DNA of 57,554 bases, filler included, from Dirinaria sp. TL-2023a (Eukaryota): assembly GCA_051941275.1 (NCBI GenBank). It is 5 parts of 5 records of this genome, joined end to end, with 100 filler letters (N's around TTAATTAATTAA, not from the genome) between each part and the next. Parts side by side here need not be neighbours in the genome. Positions count along the whole stretch, not along the records: positions 23,137 to 34,581 come from JAVEBF010000845.1; positions 34,682 to 46,070 come from JAVEBF010000846.1; 3 more parts are not named here. One strand, 5' to 3'. The notes beneath the pieces are model-generated. The model searched no databases. It saw only the letters and a program-made list of their open reading frames with translations, and was not told the DNA's origin. Positions 23,137 to 35,100 of the stretch are shown here, in pieces (the first letter of the stretch is position 1; each line of letters starts with the position of its first letter). A program made the position numbers and the translations under genes.

Positions 23137-25632
23137 GAAAGAAACTTACACGCTCCTTTCGTAATCCAACGTGTCTTGCCGGTATTTCTTGCGGATGTCG
23201 GGGACGTTGCTCTTCGCCACACTGTTGCCCTGCACGCCTGGGAGACGGTAGTCGACTCCCAGCCAGCGCTGCTTCAATTCATGCTCGAAGCCGCTCTGCA
23301 GGACGGAGTTCTCTGCCAATTCACACATATCCACCGCGCTCAGCTTGTAGATCTGCGCGGCTACCGAGTACTCCTCGATCAGCGGCTCTTTGGTGAAGGC
23401 GAATTGGAGTGGGTCGTCGGTGGATAAGGAGACGTTGAGACCACGGCTGAAGTACTTGGGGAAAGGGTTGCGCTCGTAGGTCAGGAATAGCGCGTTGTTG
23501 CTGAGCGGTGACATGGCGATGCCGATTTGGTCGAGGTAGAAAATATATTGGAAGAAGGGAACTTTCCTTAGTGTCACGCCGTGGCTTATACTGTGGCAAC
23601 ATAGCACGGCAGCCGCTAGGTGGTCCGGGTCGCCAGCTTCACCGCAGTGTGGTCGCAAGACAAATGTACTGAAGCCGCGACGTTTCCGCCAGATGTTCAG
23701 AGATGCCATGTTGGCAAAGAGATAGTAGATCCAGTACGTATACGGCGGGTTCTGAAGGGTGTGCCATTCTTTGGCTACAGGATACTTCCTGTAGAGGCGG
23801 CGTTCTTGCTTACTTTCGTCGTCGACTGTGTCGAAGCCAATCACCCGTTGCAGGAACACGTGCAGCTCGGGGTGAGAGTGTGGGGTCTGGGTGACCTCGA
23901 ACAGAGGTTGGAATATATTGACAATCATCTGCTCGAAATTCTCTATCTTTTGGTTCTCTTTGAAGGGCAGATAGAGCCTTGGGATTTGCACGAGCCAGCG
24001 CACATTGGGAGAGAATAGTTTGTTATTGATAACCCATCTCGCCAATTTGTCCCATTCGTCAAGCGATTTCCCGTAGATGGACACCCGCCACTCGACCATC
24101 TGGTATTTGCTAGACTCGAGGTCTGAAGCAACTTCTCGAGTGATCTCAGCCAGGAACTTACCTTTGATATAGTTGTCCGTTTTCAAAAAAATCTCACGTA
24201 GCCGTGACTCTCCTATGGGATTGTACTTGAGATTGAACTTATCAAATCGGTGGAACGAATCCGTATGGGCGTGCATGTCCAAAGTATCGATGCTGAGATC
24301 GTAAGCCGTGAGTTTGATGCTCTCGAAGACTTCTTTGAGAGTAAGTGTGGTGCCGTCTCGACGCATGACGATCTCGTCGGGAGACTTTTTCATCTTGCTC
24401 TTGATGTACCTGAGCAGATGTTTCTGGTTCATGCAGGACGAATGATGAACGTGGGTATCAACTTTCCGCACGTTGTAGTAATCCCTGTGAGGCACCGTTT
24501 TGCAATCAACGTTTTCTTGATAATCATTCTCGAGCTTGTAAAGATTGAATTTGCCGTCAAGAATGTCAAGCTGTCGGTACGCAAAGCTTTTGCTCGGGCC
24601 ATCAGCCGCCAAGTCTTCGAATTTTACCAGGTCTGTGTAGTAACGACCAAGGCTTGGAACTTTCACGAGAGGGATTTCAGCTTCCATAGATTCGGCAGTA
24701 TCATACACTTGGTAGACACTGCTTTGATCAAGCTTGAAGGCCGTCTGGCTGTCCTCTTCCGGAAGAGGAAGAAGGTCGTTGATGTCAAAATCTGCTCCAA
24801 TGTTTTGACCTGCTTTCCTTCGCTTTTTCGTAGGCGATGGAGGATCATCAAGCGAAAAGCTCCTGCTATTTGCAAGGCTATTAGATCCAGACGACTGGGG
24901 CATTGGTCTGTTGTTCTCTTCGTCCCAAACCGGTGGCGGCGGCGGTGGGTATATGCGCCAAGCTGGATCACCCCTTGGGTCATCATCTGCGCCTTGTAAA
25001 GATAAATCCAAATAGCGGCGTCTAGTATCAAGGACGTTCTTGATATTAGTGCAGATTTCAATCAATTCCGGCATGATTCCCGATCCTCTCAAGGCGTATC
25101 CCACGCCTTCATTCGGGCCATTCATCTCCGGAGTGTTTTCCAGACCGTCAGTATCCTGCACTTCTCCCTCATGAAGCTCTGCAGAAGGATCTTCCTCTGG
25201 GCCAGCCTCTTCCACTTTCTCTCCAGTCTCAGGCCGTCCCGAGACTGGTTTCCAACGTCTCCGATCATGTGCCCTTCCACCGATTGCTCGAAAAGTAGTA
25301 CTGTAAGAGCGACTTAAACCGCCGTGTGCCCTGTCTCTTGCAGACGACATTGTTCTCGCTCGAGTCAAGTAACTTGGTACATCGTCAACGTCCTGAGTAT
25401 CATCCATCCGATGCCGTTGGAATACCATCTTTGATTCGGCATGGCTCATGCTTTGTTGAGAGGCACGGTTGTAGTACAGAGACTTGGCCGGCTGATCTGG
25501 AGGAAGCACATAGTTCGGTCCACTGCCAATTGACCTGAATCCGCCAACGTATTCGTCGTCAGAGACAGCCTCTCCATCAGATGCATCTTCGTGAGGAGTC
25601 TCCTGCTGGATCTCGTGATCTTCAAATACCAT
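23137..25632 (-). CDS. AMD1: AMP deaminase (last exon lost in gap)
   Basis: [57 protein letters not shown]. The ORF ends on a GTAAGT donor next to the gap. Probable start MVFED at 25632, with a 5' intron donor near 25800. Confidence 0.97.
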
Positions 25633-26674
25633 TGTGGGCGGGGTATGCGGCGGTATGCCTCTCTTCACAAGGATGCTACAGGCATACACGCCAAGGGAGC
25701 AGTGAAGCAACGGTAGTGTGCTGAAATGCTATCAGCTACGTATTCGTCATTAGATTGAATACATCGAAAGGCCACTCGGTGGAGAAGACTATCCACTTAC
25801 CTGCAAAAGTAAAAGAGGAAGTGGACCGCGTCTCTAGATGTGTTCAATACTGAGCTTTAGAGTTTAGGGTTGAGTTAGGGCATGAGTAAGAGACGGAAAA
25901 AGAATCAGCACTAAAACAGATGAAAAGAGCGAGGAATGAGAGCTTTCATAGTACTCTACAAACCACAGGAACACGTTGCTAGTGATGACGATTCAAAACG
26001 TTGACATCATGAAGAGCTCTGTGCCTCCAGTGTACTCATCTGAAAGAAATGCGATTTGCTAAGTCGGTATCCTTGATCTAACAATTCATTCAAAGACGCA
26101 CATGTACATGATGATCAGTCGAAACCGAAACGCTAGTGCCCGAACACGTACTTTAGGCACAGCACTGTTACTCTGACAAACTCGTCTTTGGCAACGATTT
26201 CAATGCATCAGCCCAAAGCCGATAAGAAGATAATACTAATGGTGATACCTAAACGGGACGGACATGGTTTCCATCTTCTATCCAACTATACATACACCTA
26301 CAAATGCATTGCTTAGCGCCAAGTACATGACAATGCAGCCAGGAAACTCGATTGGACAGAGTAGTGTGCTTTTGAGGAAGGGTTCTGCAGCTCAAAGTCT
26401 GTCTGATGGTCTTTCATCGCAAGGACAAGCTTTGACGGTTGCTGTTCGCTTGTCATGTGTACAAGTGGGGCGTCAGAGTCGATGAAAACCTGCCCGAAGG
26501 CTCAAAGAAAGAGAATAGGCTTCAGCTGAAGCCTGTTTCGAGGTGAAGAAAATTCGAGAAACAGCTGACATCACAATGCCAATTGCCTTGTGTGTATGGG
26601 CAGGCTTTCTGCTACGGGAATGACGCGCGAGATTGATGCTATTGGTTGTGTGATGGATCTGGGGGTGTTTTGCA

Positions 26675-29600
26675 CTAGTATCGGTACTCCTGGGCATACG
26701 TCGAAGGACCACGGTATTGCTCTGTATGGTACGCTGCAGATTCTGCGCGATATATGTGCCCGTTTCGATCGTAAATCTGCTCACCACTATAGCCCGGCTC
26801 AATGCGGACATAACCACGCGGTGCAGGTGGTTCTTCAATATGTTGGATCTGGACATAGCGGCCTGGCTCAGAGGAACCCTGCTCCCCATACCTCACAGGA
26901 ACGTACTCCACACGTCTCGAGTAGTGGTCATCCATAGGTATCCTTTCTTCAATGTACTGATAGCGGGGCTGGCCAGTGTACTCGCCGCTAATAACTCTCT
27001 GTACTTGAGATTCCGGGCGCGCAGACGGGGAAATGACACGATACATAGTCTCTTGTCGACGGTCATCTCTGGGGCTTCGTGCACGATAATACGATCTGTC
27101 AAGTTGTGAACTCTGTGGAGACCTTGATCGGCTGCGATAGTAAGGCTCTCGTGTCTGCTGGTAAGAGCTGGCTCTTTCTCCCCGGGAGCCAGGTTCGTTC
27201 ACTGTATACTGCTGTTCAACAACATAATGTTCTGGTTGCCTCCGGACGTCATACTGCCGAGGAGATTGTCCGGCTCTGCTAGCGCTCAGATCTATCTGGA
27301 CGTGTGAAGGCGGTTGGTACTCATCATCATGGCGAGATTTCGAGACCGCTCTCTGCGAAGCCGCTCGTTGCGAAGCGGCCAGATCATCAACGGCCCTTGA
27401 TATGCTCTGAGCCGCACGTATAGGATCAACTGGCGACCTGCTACCAGGATATTGGCTTGCCAAAGTGTCACCATTCCATCTATCAGCATTGGAGACGTTG
27501 TTGGGTCCTTGTTGCCGATCACTATACGTGGCACTGTCTTGCCAGTAGGATGTTGATCGCTGCGTAGCATCTTGCGAGTGAGACTCAACATCTTGAGGCT
27601 GGCGCGAACGTGATATTGGAATGTTGTTGAGAAACTGGTCCGCCGCTTCAGATGGTGATGTAGTCGCGGTTTGAAGTGGTTTGTTAGTTGTCCCGTCTTG
27701 TATGGTGCCATTTTGAAGAAGCTGAGCGTATAAGGCTTGCGCATTTTCGCTGTAAGCGAGTTTGTTGGCACTGTGACTGCGCTGCTCTTCTGCCACGTTT
27801 GAGTACAGGCTCTCTGGCTTGAGATTGGTCGTCCCTGACTCAGCGCCGTACTGTGGGTATTGATTCGTACTCAAGCTGCGGTATTGGTCATCTCGTGACC
27901 GTACCAGGTTGCTTTCCGGCTTCACAATCGTGCCCAGATACGCCGGTCTGTGAGGATCGTATTCATCCTCGGCCGGCGCACCCGTGGACTGGCCACCGGG
28001 CGACTGTGCCTGTACTGCACTGTAAGGCCGACTGTAAGAACGATTCTCATTCCGACTTTCTTGCTTGGATGATCTCTCTGGGTGTACTTGCGTTGCAGTG
28101 GTGCGGGAGGCAGTCTTCTGCGTGCTGTAATCGTGCTTATAGGCAGGCAGAGGACCAGAGTTCCCGCCTTTGCCCATACGGGGTAGGGGATTTGGGAAGG
28201 CATCCGGGAAAACCGCAGCTACTAAAGCTAATTTAGCATCGTCCATGCCAGGAGCGTTTATCAGGTCAGCAATCAATGGTAACTCGGGCAGCTCGATCAT
28301 GTCGCGCTTCCAGTCGGGCTTCGACGGGTCTTGGGCGGCACCGGGCTCTTTGACGGCATAGGCATCATCCACATGTGCTGATCTGAAATGGTTGAGCAGA
28401 TGAGGCAAAGTGAAAAGTCTTCGATCTGCGATAGGAGACTGTGCAAAGCCATGCCCGTCTGAACCATTTCCTGAACCTGCAGTGACGCACGTCTTGCAGG
28501 CCAGACCATTCAGACTTCGGACAGGCCGCATCTTAGAATGGTTGTCAAGGCCGTCGATGAACATGCCTAGACTTGGCTCGTTTGTATATGTAGCCGCAAA
28601 ACGTGAAGCGACATGGTGGATGACAACGAAGATCCGCACGCTCTGAGGGATATCCTTGATACCTGATGTCCCAAACCAGATTTCTCGAGCTTGCTTCGCC
28701 AACTCATCCAGTTGTTTCTGATATACATCTGGAGCGAGTCCTGAAGGATGGACGGCGACGGGTCTAGGTGGAAAAGTCGCTGAGTGAGCCACTGCACCTG
28801 CGCCGTAGTACTGGCCGCCCTGTTCCGGCGCGTAGCCTCCTGGCCGTGGATACTCTGGAGCGTGCGGGTAGGCGGAATAAGCGGGCTGACCGTATGAAAA
28901 ACCGTAGCCCGGACTTGGTTGGGAATACTGGGGAGGAGCGTAGCCATTGTAACCATGGGGTGGATTGGGGTACATGTTCTGTTGATTGGCGTATGACACA
29001 GCGTGGGCCTGCTCCAGCTGCGGCACCTGGCTATAAGATGGGTATCCTTGCGGTGGAGGATACGGATATCCACCATTTGGTTGCGGTGAAGCATAACTTG
29101 GATGATAAGCACCAGGAGGAGCTTGTGCACCGTCGTACGGTGTGGGTACAGCAGTTCCAGGCTCAGCAGGATGTCCGTAGGCTCCATAGTAAGCTTGTGT
29201 CTGTGGCTCTGGGCCGAGTGGGGGTTGTAAGGACGTATTCACCGGCGTGGGGATTTTGTAATACGCTGCTTTGGCCGCACTTGGGTTAGGATGGAATGGA
29301 GGATGCTCAGGCCATTCAGCGCGCCAGTGGACCACAACACTGCCCATACTTAGTGTGTTAGTGTGCTTCGCTGCGTAGTGTTGAACAACGCCTTCAAACC
29401 CATAGAATTTGAAATTTCCCTCGCAGCCATTACAAAGAAATAATTCTTTCTGGTAATTCTCTGTCAATGGTTTGATCTTGGTATCAAAGAGCCATTTCAT
29501 GTTCTCAAGGATTAGTTTCCGGGTAGGGGGTTCATTTGGCTGATCGACCTTGACCGACTCTCCAGCAGCTCGAGCACTCTCGTCCTCGTGGCTTATATCA

Positions 29601-31741
29601 GTATAGAACCGTTCGCGAACGAACATCAGAACATCTGCGGCAAACTTGGGACTGGTGTCCTTAGATACGCTATCTCCGTTAGACCAATTTTCCGAGATGA
29701 TCTCGTCGGCAAGTGCGCCAATCTTGTTGCGAACCGGTGCCTGGACACTATCCCATTCACGATCGAGAGCTTCCTTGGTTTCTTTGAGTTGTGCTTCTTG
29801 CTGGCGTCGTTGCTTGTACTCTTCTTCGAGTAGCTCGGCTTGTCGGATTCTCTCTTCTTCCTTCCTTTCGGCAAAAGGCTTCTCAGCCAGTAGCCGAGGC
29901 TTCAAGACATCCCATGCGTGGTCTGTCAAAGCCTGCGAGATCTGCGTAGCTGCCTGGAACGAGTTCATGTGGTTCAGTATGTTAGATAGCAGGGGTGGGT
30001 CCAACTCTCCACATCGGCGTTCGATCTCTGCTTTTCGTGCTGCCTTTGCTTCATTCACGTCCCGGATATTGCGTTCAGGTCGAGGCTGTGGGAACGAGGC
30101 CATCGGACGCTGAGCAAAGGTGTCATTGTACGGCACAGGTGTAGGCCAGGTCGGTTGATATTGCGCTGCTGACATCTTTAGCTACGCAACCCCAATTGAA
30201 AAGCTGGATTAAGACTTACGAAGTCCGTGGGGTGTAGGGTAAGGTGGATCTCCGGGGACAGAGGTTGAAGGACTGCAATACTCACCATTGGACCTTACCA
30301 AATTCGGAGCCGGATGTTGTATGGACCGATCGCTCTCACTCTCCTCACCTTTGGATGTGTGGCCATTTACAATTCCATTTGGGGCTTCTGAGGCAGATAA
30401 AGTCCTGGGAGGAGGTCGTGAATTAACCTTCTTAAGGCCACCTTTCGCTTCCCATGTTTCCCAGCGGATGGCATCGTCAACGCGCGACTTTCCCTCATCG
30501 GAAAGGCCCTTGGACCACTCTTCGGCGGCCTCGGGGCCAAGCGCCCTTGCCTCGCTCAGACGTCGTTTGATATCTTCTATATGGGGCCTGTAGTAGTGTT
30601 TCTCCATCTTCAGTGGAGGGAGATGGGCCATGCCTTGAAGCGCAGCATTAGAGACAAAGTGATTTGTAGCAGTAATGAACGCAAAGGGCAAGGCAGATAG
30701 TAGAAAGTATGGACAATCCGCTGAGACAAACATTACCGATTCCTGAACAGAAGTCAGCGAAGTGTATTAGACCTACAGATTTCTCGTCTCAATATCTTAT
30801 AGCACCTTTTCTGAGCATTTATGTAGGCACGGTCCACACAATCGGACACCAAATGGCCAGATTACCCTCAAGGATTTTTCGCCTGGCCCGGACTCCAGAG
30901 GACTCTCTGTACCGGTTGCGAAACTCTGAGCTTTGGACACCCCACAAGTCTGGCATTGGCGGCCTCGGAGGAGTTTCCACATGTCCAATTCACTCAATCC
31001 AGCCAGTGGCTTGGGGACCCCTCGGGCAAAGCGCCTACGAGAGGCAGTCCATACGTCATTGGCATTTTTGGGTTGGACGGCTGGCCTTTTCCAATGCTTC
31101 GTGGGCTCTTCTCCTATGGCCGAGGTGAGGTATGCATGAAAGGCACGGTTGACACGTAATAAGCGACCAAGAAAGACCGGGGGAACGAAAGAAAAGACGT
31201 GTTGCCAGATTTCGACAGGTAGACCAGAGGGTTGAGCAGGATTATTCCCATTGACCACCGGGTTCTCCTGATTTTCCATCCTGGGTCGTTTGGCGCCGGA
31301 CCAATCAACTCCACCCGGAACCTCCTGGGTGACCATAGGGGTGTGGACCGCATCGAGACTAACAATTCGACTGGAAGACTGGCCATGGTCTGACAAATCT
31401 GACTGAGACGGCTGTCTCAAGGCATCATGGTTTTTCCCATCATCATCGTCCCGCTTGCGCTTATGGTATGGCTGGCCACCAACAGTCTGGGAACTGGGAA
31501 ACGTCAAAGCGTCCGATACGGTAGGAGGGCCATTTTCTACCGACGGCGGCGTATACCTGTCTGGGACATGTCCATGCTCTTTCAAGCCACCTGGGATGTG
31601 GAGTCTTGTGGCCTCATGCGACAAGGAATGCCGGCCAGGGGATGGTAGATCTCGAAGCTGCTGCGAAGGGTCTTCTTCTGCGCGATCTGAAGGTGAGTAA
31701 AGGTCCGAAGAAGAAGCGTTGCTACCTGGAGTAGAAACCAT
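26675..31741 (-). CDS. Large conserved fungal F-box-containing protein of unknown function (3 exons, about 1650 aa)
   Basis: F-box LPVEIWQHVFSFV...LGRLLRVNRAF, CQTC...LCGPC, CNGC...QHYAAKH and CKTC...HFRSAH zinc-finger-like segments, and a long disordered tail. ORFs 30797-31741, 30209-30733 and 26675-30175 are joined by GT-AG introns (GTGCTA...GCTGAC...CAG; GTAAGT...CAG). Confidence 0.88.
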
Positions 31742-32190
31742 GGCTAGGTCAAACAGAGCATGGCATCAGAAAAGGCAGTCCGGTAGAAGCTCGCTATTGG
31801 GTCAGCGCAATAGCAAGGTAACAGCGCAGGAAATGCGAGACAATGCGAAAATGGTTGAGAAGAGCCACAGATCATCTGGAAAGCACGAGCGACAAGAAAC
31901 AAGACTCAAGTAGCAGACAGGAAAGTGGACGTCCGAGAAGTTCCGGTTTGAAAGGTGAAGTCCAGGAAGAATCCTTTCGATGACATCAAGTGGGTTCAAC
32001 AGCCAGCGAGCGAGAAGGAGAGGTGGGAGATGTGGGAGAAGACTCGAGATGTGACAGGGGTTGTAGAGGATGCTACGCGAATGAGTGGGGTAGAAGCAAG
32101 CTGAAGGTTTCAAGAGAGTCAGGAATGATTGTGGAGAGCAGGTGCGGTGGGCCGGGAAGAGGGTCGAGGTCAGGGAGGAGTGCTGTGTGT

Positions 32191-32310
32191 AGGGGGTAGG
32201 TAGGGTAGGTAGGGTAGGTAAGGTATGTAAGGTAGGTAGGTAAGGTAGGTAAGGTAGGTAAAATGTGAGTGGGGAGTATAAGGTAAGGTAGGGTAAAGGC
32301 AGGTAAAGTA
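32191..32310 (+). repeat. Degenerate GGTA/GGGTA/GGTAA microsatellite in divergent promoter or 5' leader
   Basis: Run ggggtaggtagggtaggtagggtaggtaaggtatgtaaggtaggtaggtaaggtagg... between the F-box gene and ABP1. Confidence 0.85.
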
Positions 32311-32703
32311 GCAGTGAAGCAGTTTCGAATTTCTGAGGGAAAGGAACGGGAGGGAAAGTGAAGCAGCGACTCAGCGAGGCAGCCAGTCGGCTCAACGTCC
32401 TGGATCTGCTCGCTTCTCGGCCATACGATTTCCCGAGTGCCGGCCATTTCCACCGAGCCACCTCGACCTCACCCATCGACTCTTTCACCCCTGTCTGAAC
32501 CCTTGATCGATCTTCACATCTCTTATGGTAAAAAAAAAAGTAAGTAAAACCGTACTCGTACCTTACCTGATTAGTCATGGTTTCATGGCATTTTGGCTGA
32601 CTATCTGAAGTACCTGAAAGCTGATTTTTGAAGTACCTTCGTCGAATCGCCATCTATCCTCTCACAATCGTCCTGTGGGAGAGGAAAAAAGAAAAAGAGA
32701 ACA

Positions 32704-34581
32704 ATGGCTACATTGAATTTGTCCACCAACGGCCCTTCAATATCAAAAAGCTACCAATCCATTGTCAACGCTGCACCGGCTACTGGTGCTGCCGCTCAAT
32801 CTTCCACATATGGCCAGTGGGCCGTATTTTCCGTCTCCGCGCCTCTAGCGAACGCTTTTCAGCAAGACGCCGGGGGGAAAGAGAGTGTCTTGAAAGTGCA
32901 AAGCACAGGCGGTTAGCAAGAGACCTTCGGAAAACATTCGCCCATTGCTTGTACTAATAAGCTCCAGAGGGAGAGCTGGTGGATCTGATCGACGAATTTT
33001 CCGACGGCCGGATTCAATTCGCATTCGTCAAAGTCAAGGACCCGAATACAACGTTGCCTAAGTACGTCCTCGTCGCCTGGTGCGGCGAAGGAGTTCCGGA
33101 AAGAACCAAAGGATACTTCACAAACCATCTTCATGCCGTTTCTAAAGTCCTCCACGTAAGCTGAACACTGGGGGGGTTTTTTTCACCCATCAGCGTCGGC
33201 TGACTATCTTAAAAGGGGTATCACGTACAAATCACTGCACGCTCAGATACAGACCTCACCCCCGAGTCGATAGTTCAGAAGGTATCCGATGCCTCTGGCT
33301 CGAAATATTCCGGCGATTCGACGCCTGCCAATACCGGTCCTCCCCCTCCTGTAGCCTCAAAACCTGCCTTCAACCCAACCCGAAGCAGTGGGCCACCAGG
33401 TGGCTTCAACCCTTTGGCAGGTTCAAGAAATAGGGTGGCGCCTTCAAGAGATCACGAGGTGGACGAAGATGGCTGGGGCCAAGATGCTCCGCCCGTAACT
33501 CGGACACAGCTCGAGAAAGTGCAGCCTGCCTATCAGCCAACGACGGTCAACATGCGAGAATTGAGTTCGCAGAAGCCTGAGCCTTCGCGGTTCAATGGAA
33601 CCCGTGAAATCGACTCGGGAGGTTCTGATGTTGTAAAAGGTGGATACCAGCCAGTTGGTAAGGTCGACATTGCTGCAATACGTAGGCAAGCGCAGGGTGC
33701 AAAGGATGACCGGCCAGAGCCCGTAAAAGGATCCTACGAGCCTGTTGGCAAGGTCGACATAGCTGCCATCCGCGCCCGGGCACAAGGTCCACCAGGCGAT
33801 GCTGCGTCCCCGCCCGGCAGCATGTCGCCTGCAGCTACGGGAGCCTCCGCTCGAAGTAGTCAGCCTGAGGAACGATCGTTGCCTGATCGGAGTGCTCCTT
33901 TTCAGAGCGCCGAGCGCCTCACATCGCTTCCGAAACCCAAGGTGGCCAACAGATTTGGCGCTGATGCTAGTTCATTCACAGGCACCAAAGCCCCAACCCC
34001 AGGTGGCTTTGGCCTTGAATCAACGCAGAAGCCCGGCGCTCCTCCTGTTGGCGTCAGTAAAACGTTTGCAGATCAAGGAGGCAAAACTCCAGCCCAACAA
34101 TGGGCGGAGAAGAAAGCCCGGGAGCGCGGGCTAAGCGGAGCAAATGACAATCCGCCGTCTAGCGGCTTCAATGCCCCTTCACCAATGAAGAGCCAGACTT
34201 CGGGAGGCGGCGAGTGGAAGAGTGGCTATTCAGGCAAATCATGGGCCCCGGTACAAACTACAAGGACCGGCCAGTCCGCCGCGAGCATGGACCAACAGCG
34301 CACCGGTCCACAAGAAGAGCCTCAAGAAGCTGAAGAAGCACCAGCGTCCCCGGTCGGAGGCATCAGCTCTATCCGCGACCGCTTCAAGGGTGCACCACCA
34401 ATGGGAGCTGCAAACATCGGCGCAGACCGAGGTCCGCCAAGTCCACCACCGCTCGACACTTCCAACAAGCCCAACGCTGGCCGCGGAATCCCTATCCCCG
34501 GTCTGCCGACAAGGCCACAACAACCGCCACAAGAAGAAGAAGAAGAGGAAGAAGAGCAAGAACCTCCGCGCATGCCAACAC
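32704..34581 (+). CDS. ABP1: Actin-binding protein Abp1/drebrin-like (5' part; SH3 region lost in gap)
   Basis: ADF-H domain (LKVQSTG|EGELVDLIDEFSDGRIQFAFVKVKDPNTTLPKYVLVAWCGEGVPERTKG...GYHVQITARS), two Y(Q/E)PVGKVDIAAIR repeats and a Pro-rich/acidic region. Two introns. Confidence 0.95.
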
Positions 34582-34681
34582 NNNNNNNNNNNNNNNNNNN
34601 NNNNNNNNNNNNNNNNNNNNNNNNNTTAATTAATTAANNNNNNNNNNNNNNNNNNNNNNNNNNNNNNNNNNNNNNNNNNNN
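34582..34681. other. Artificial contig spacer
   Basis: 44 N + TTAATTAATTAA + 44 N. Confidence 0.98.
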
Positions 34682-35100
34682 GGGGGATTTTGTTTGGATA
34701 AGGTAGCTACCTACCCCTTTTTTTTGTGCTATCTTTTGGAATTCAGTCTGGGGCATACATATAGGGTCATGTTTCTTTCTCCCCTTCTGGTGGATGGGAT
34801 GGGATTTTTCTTCTCGCTGTGCGTTGTATGATATGATATGATTTCTTTATCTATCAGTACATATAGAAAAGTTGGGAAGAAAAAAAGAAGAAGAGAAAGA
34901 AGAGGAAAGGGGAGGAAGGAGATATTATTAACCGACTTTTTTTTTTCCCTAGAGGGGAACAAGAACAGAGTACCTTGATATATATGTACAAGAGTAAAAT
35001 CTCACATCCCTCTTATCTTTTTTTTTCTTCTTTTCTTCTTTTCTTTGAATACTGATTACTTTACAGAAAGTGCTGCCAACCTACATTACTCATACCTTTT

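Noticed and set aside
25982..26043. C/D-box snoRNA-like arrangement (GTGATGA...TTGA...ATGAAGA...CTGA)
   Set aside because: Short, no terminal stem, and I could not recognise an rRNA-complementary guide; a snoscan or Infernal hit would be needed.
31802..32653. 283-aa ORF with LPYLPTLPT repeats
   Set aside because: Translation of the TACC microsatellite in a promoter or leader region; no independent coding evidence.
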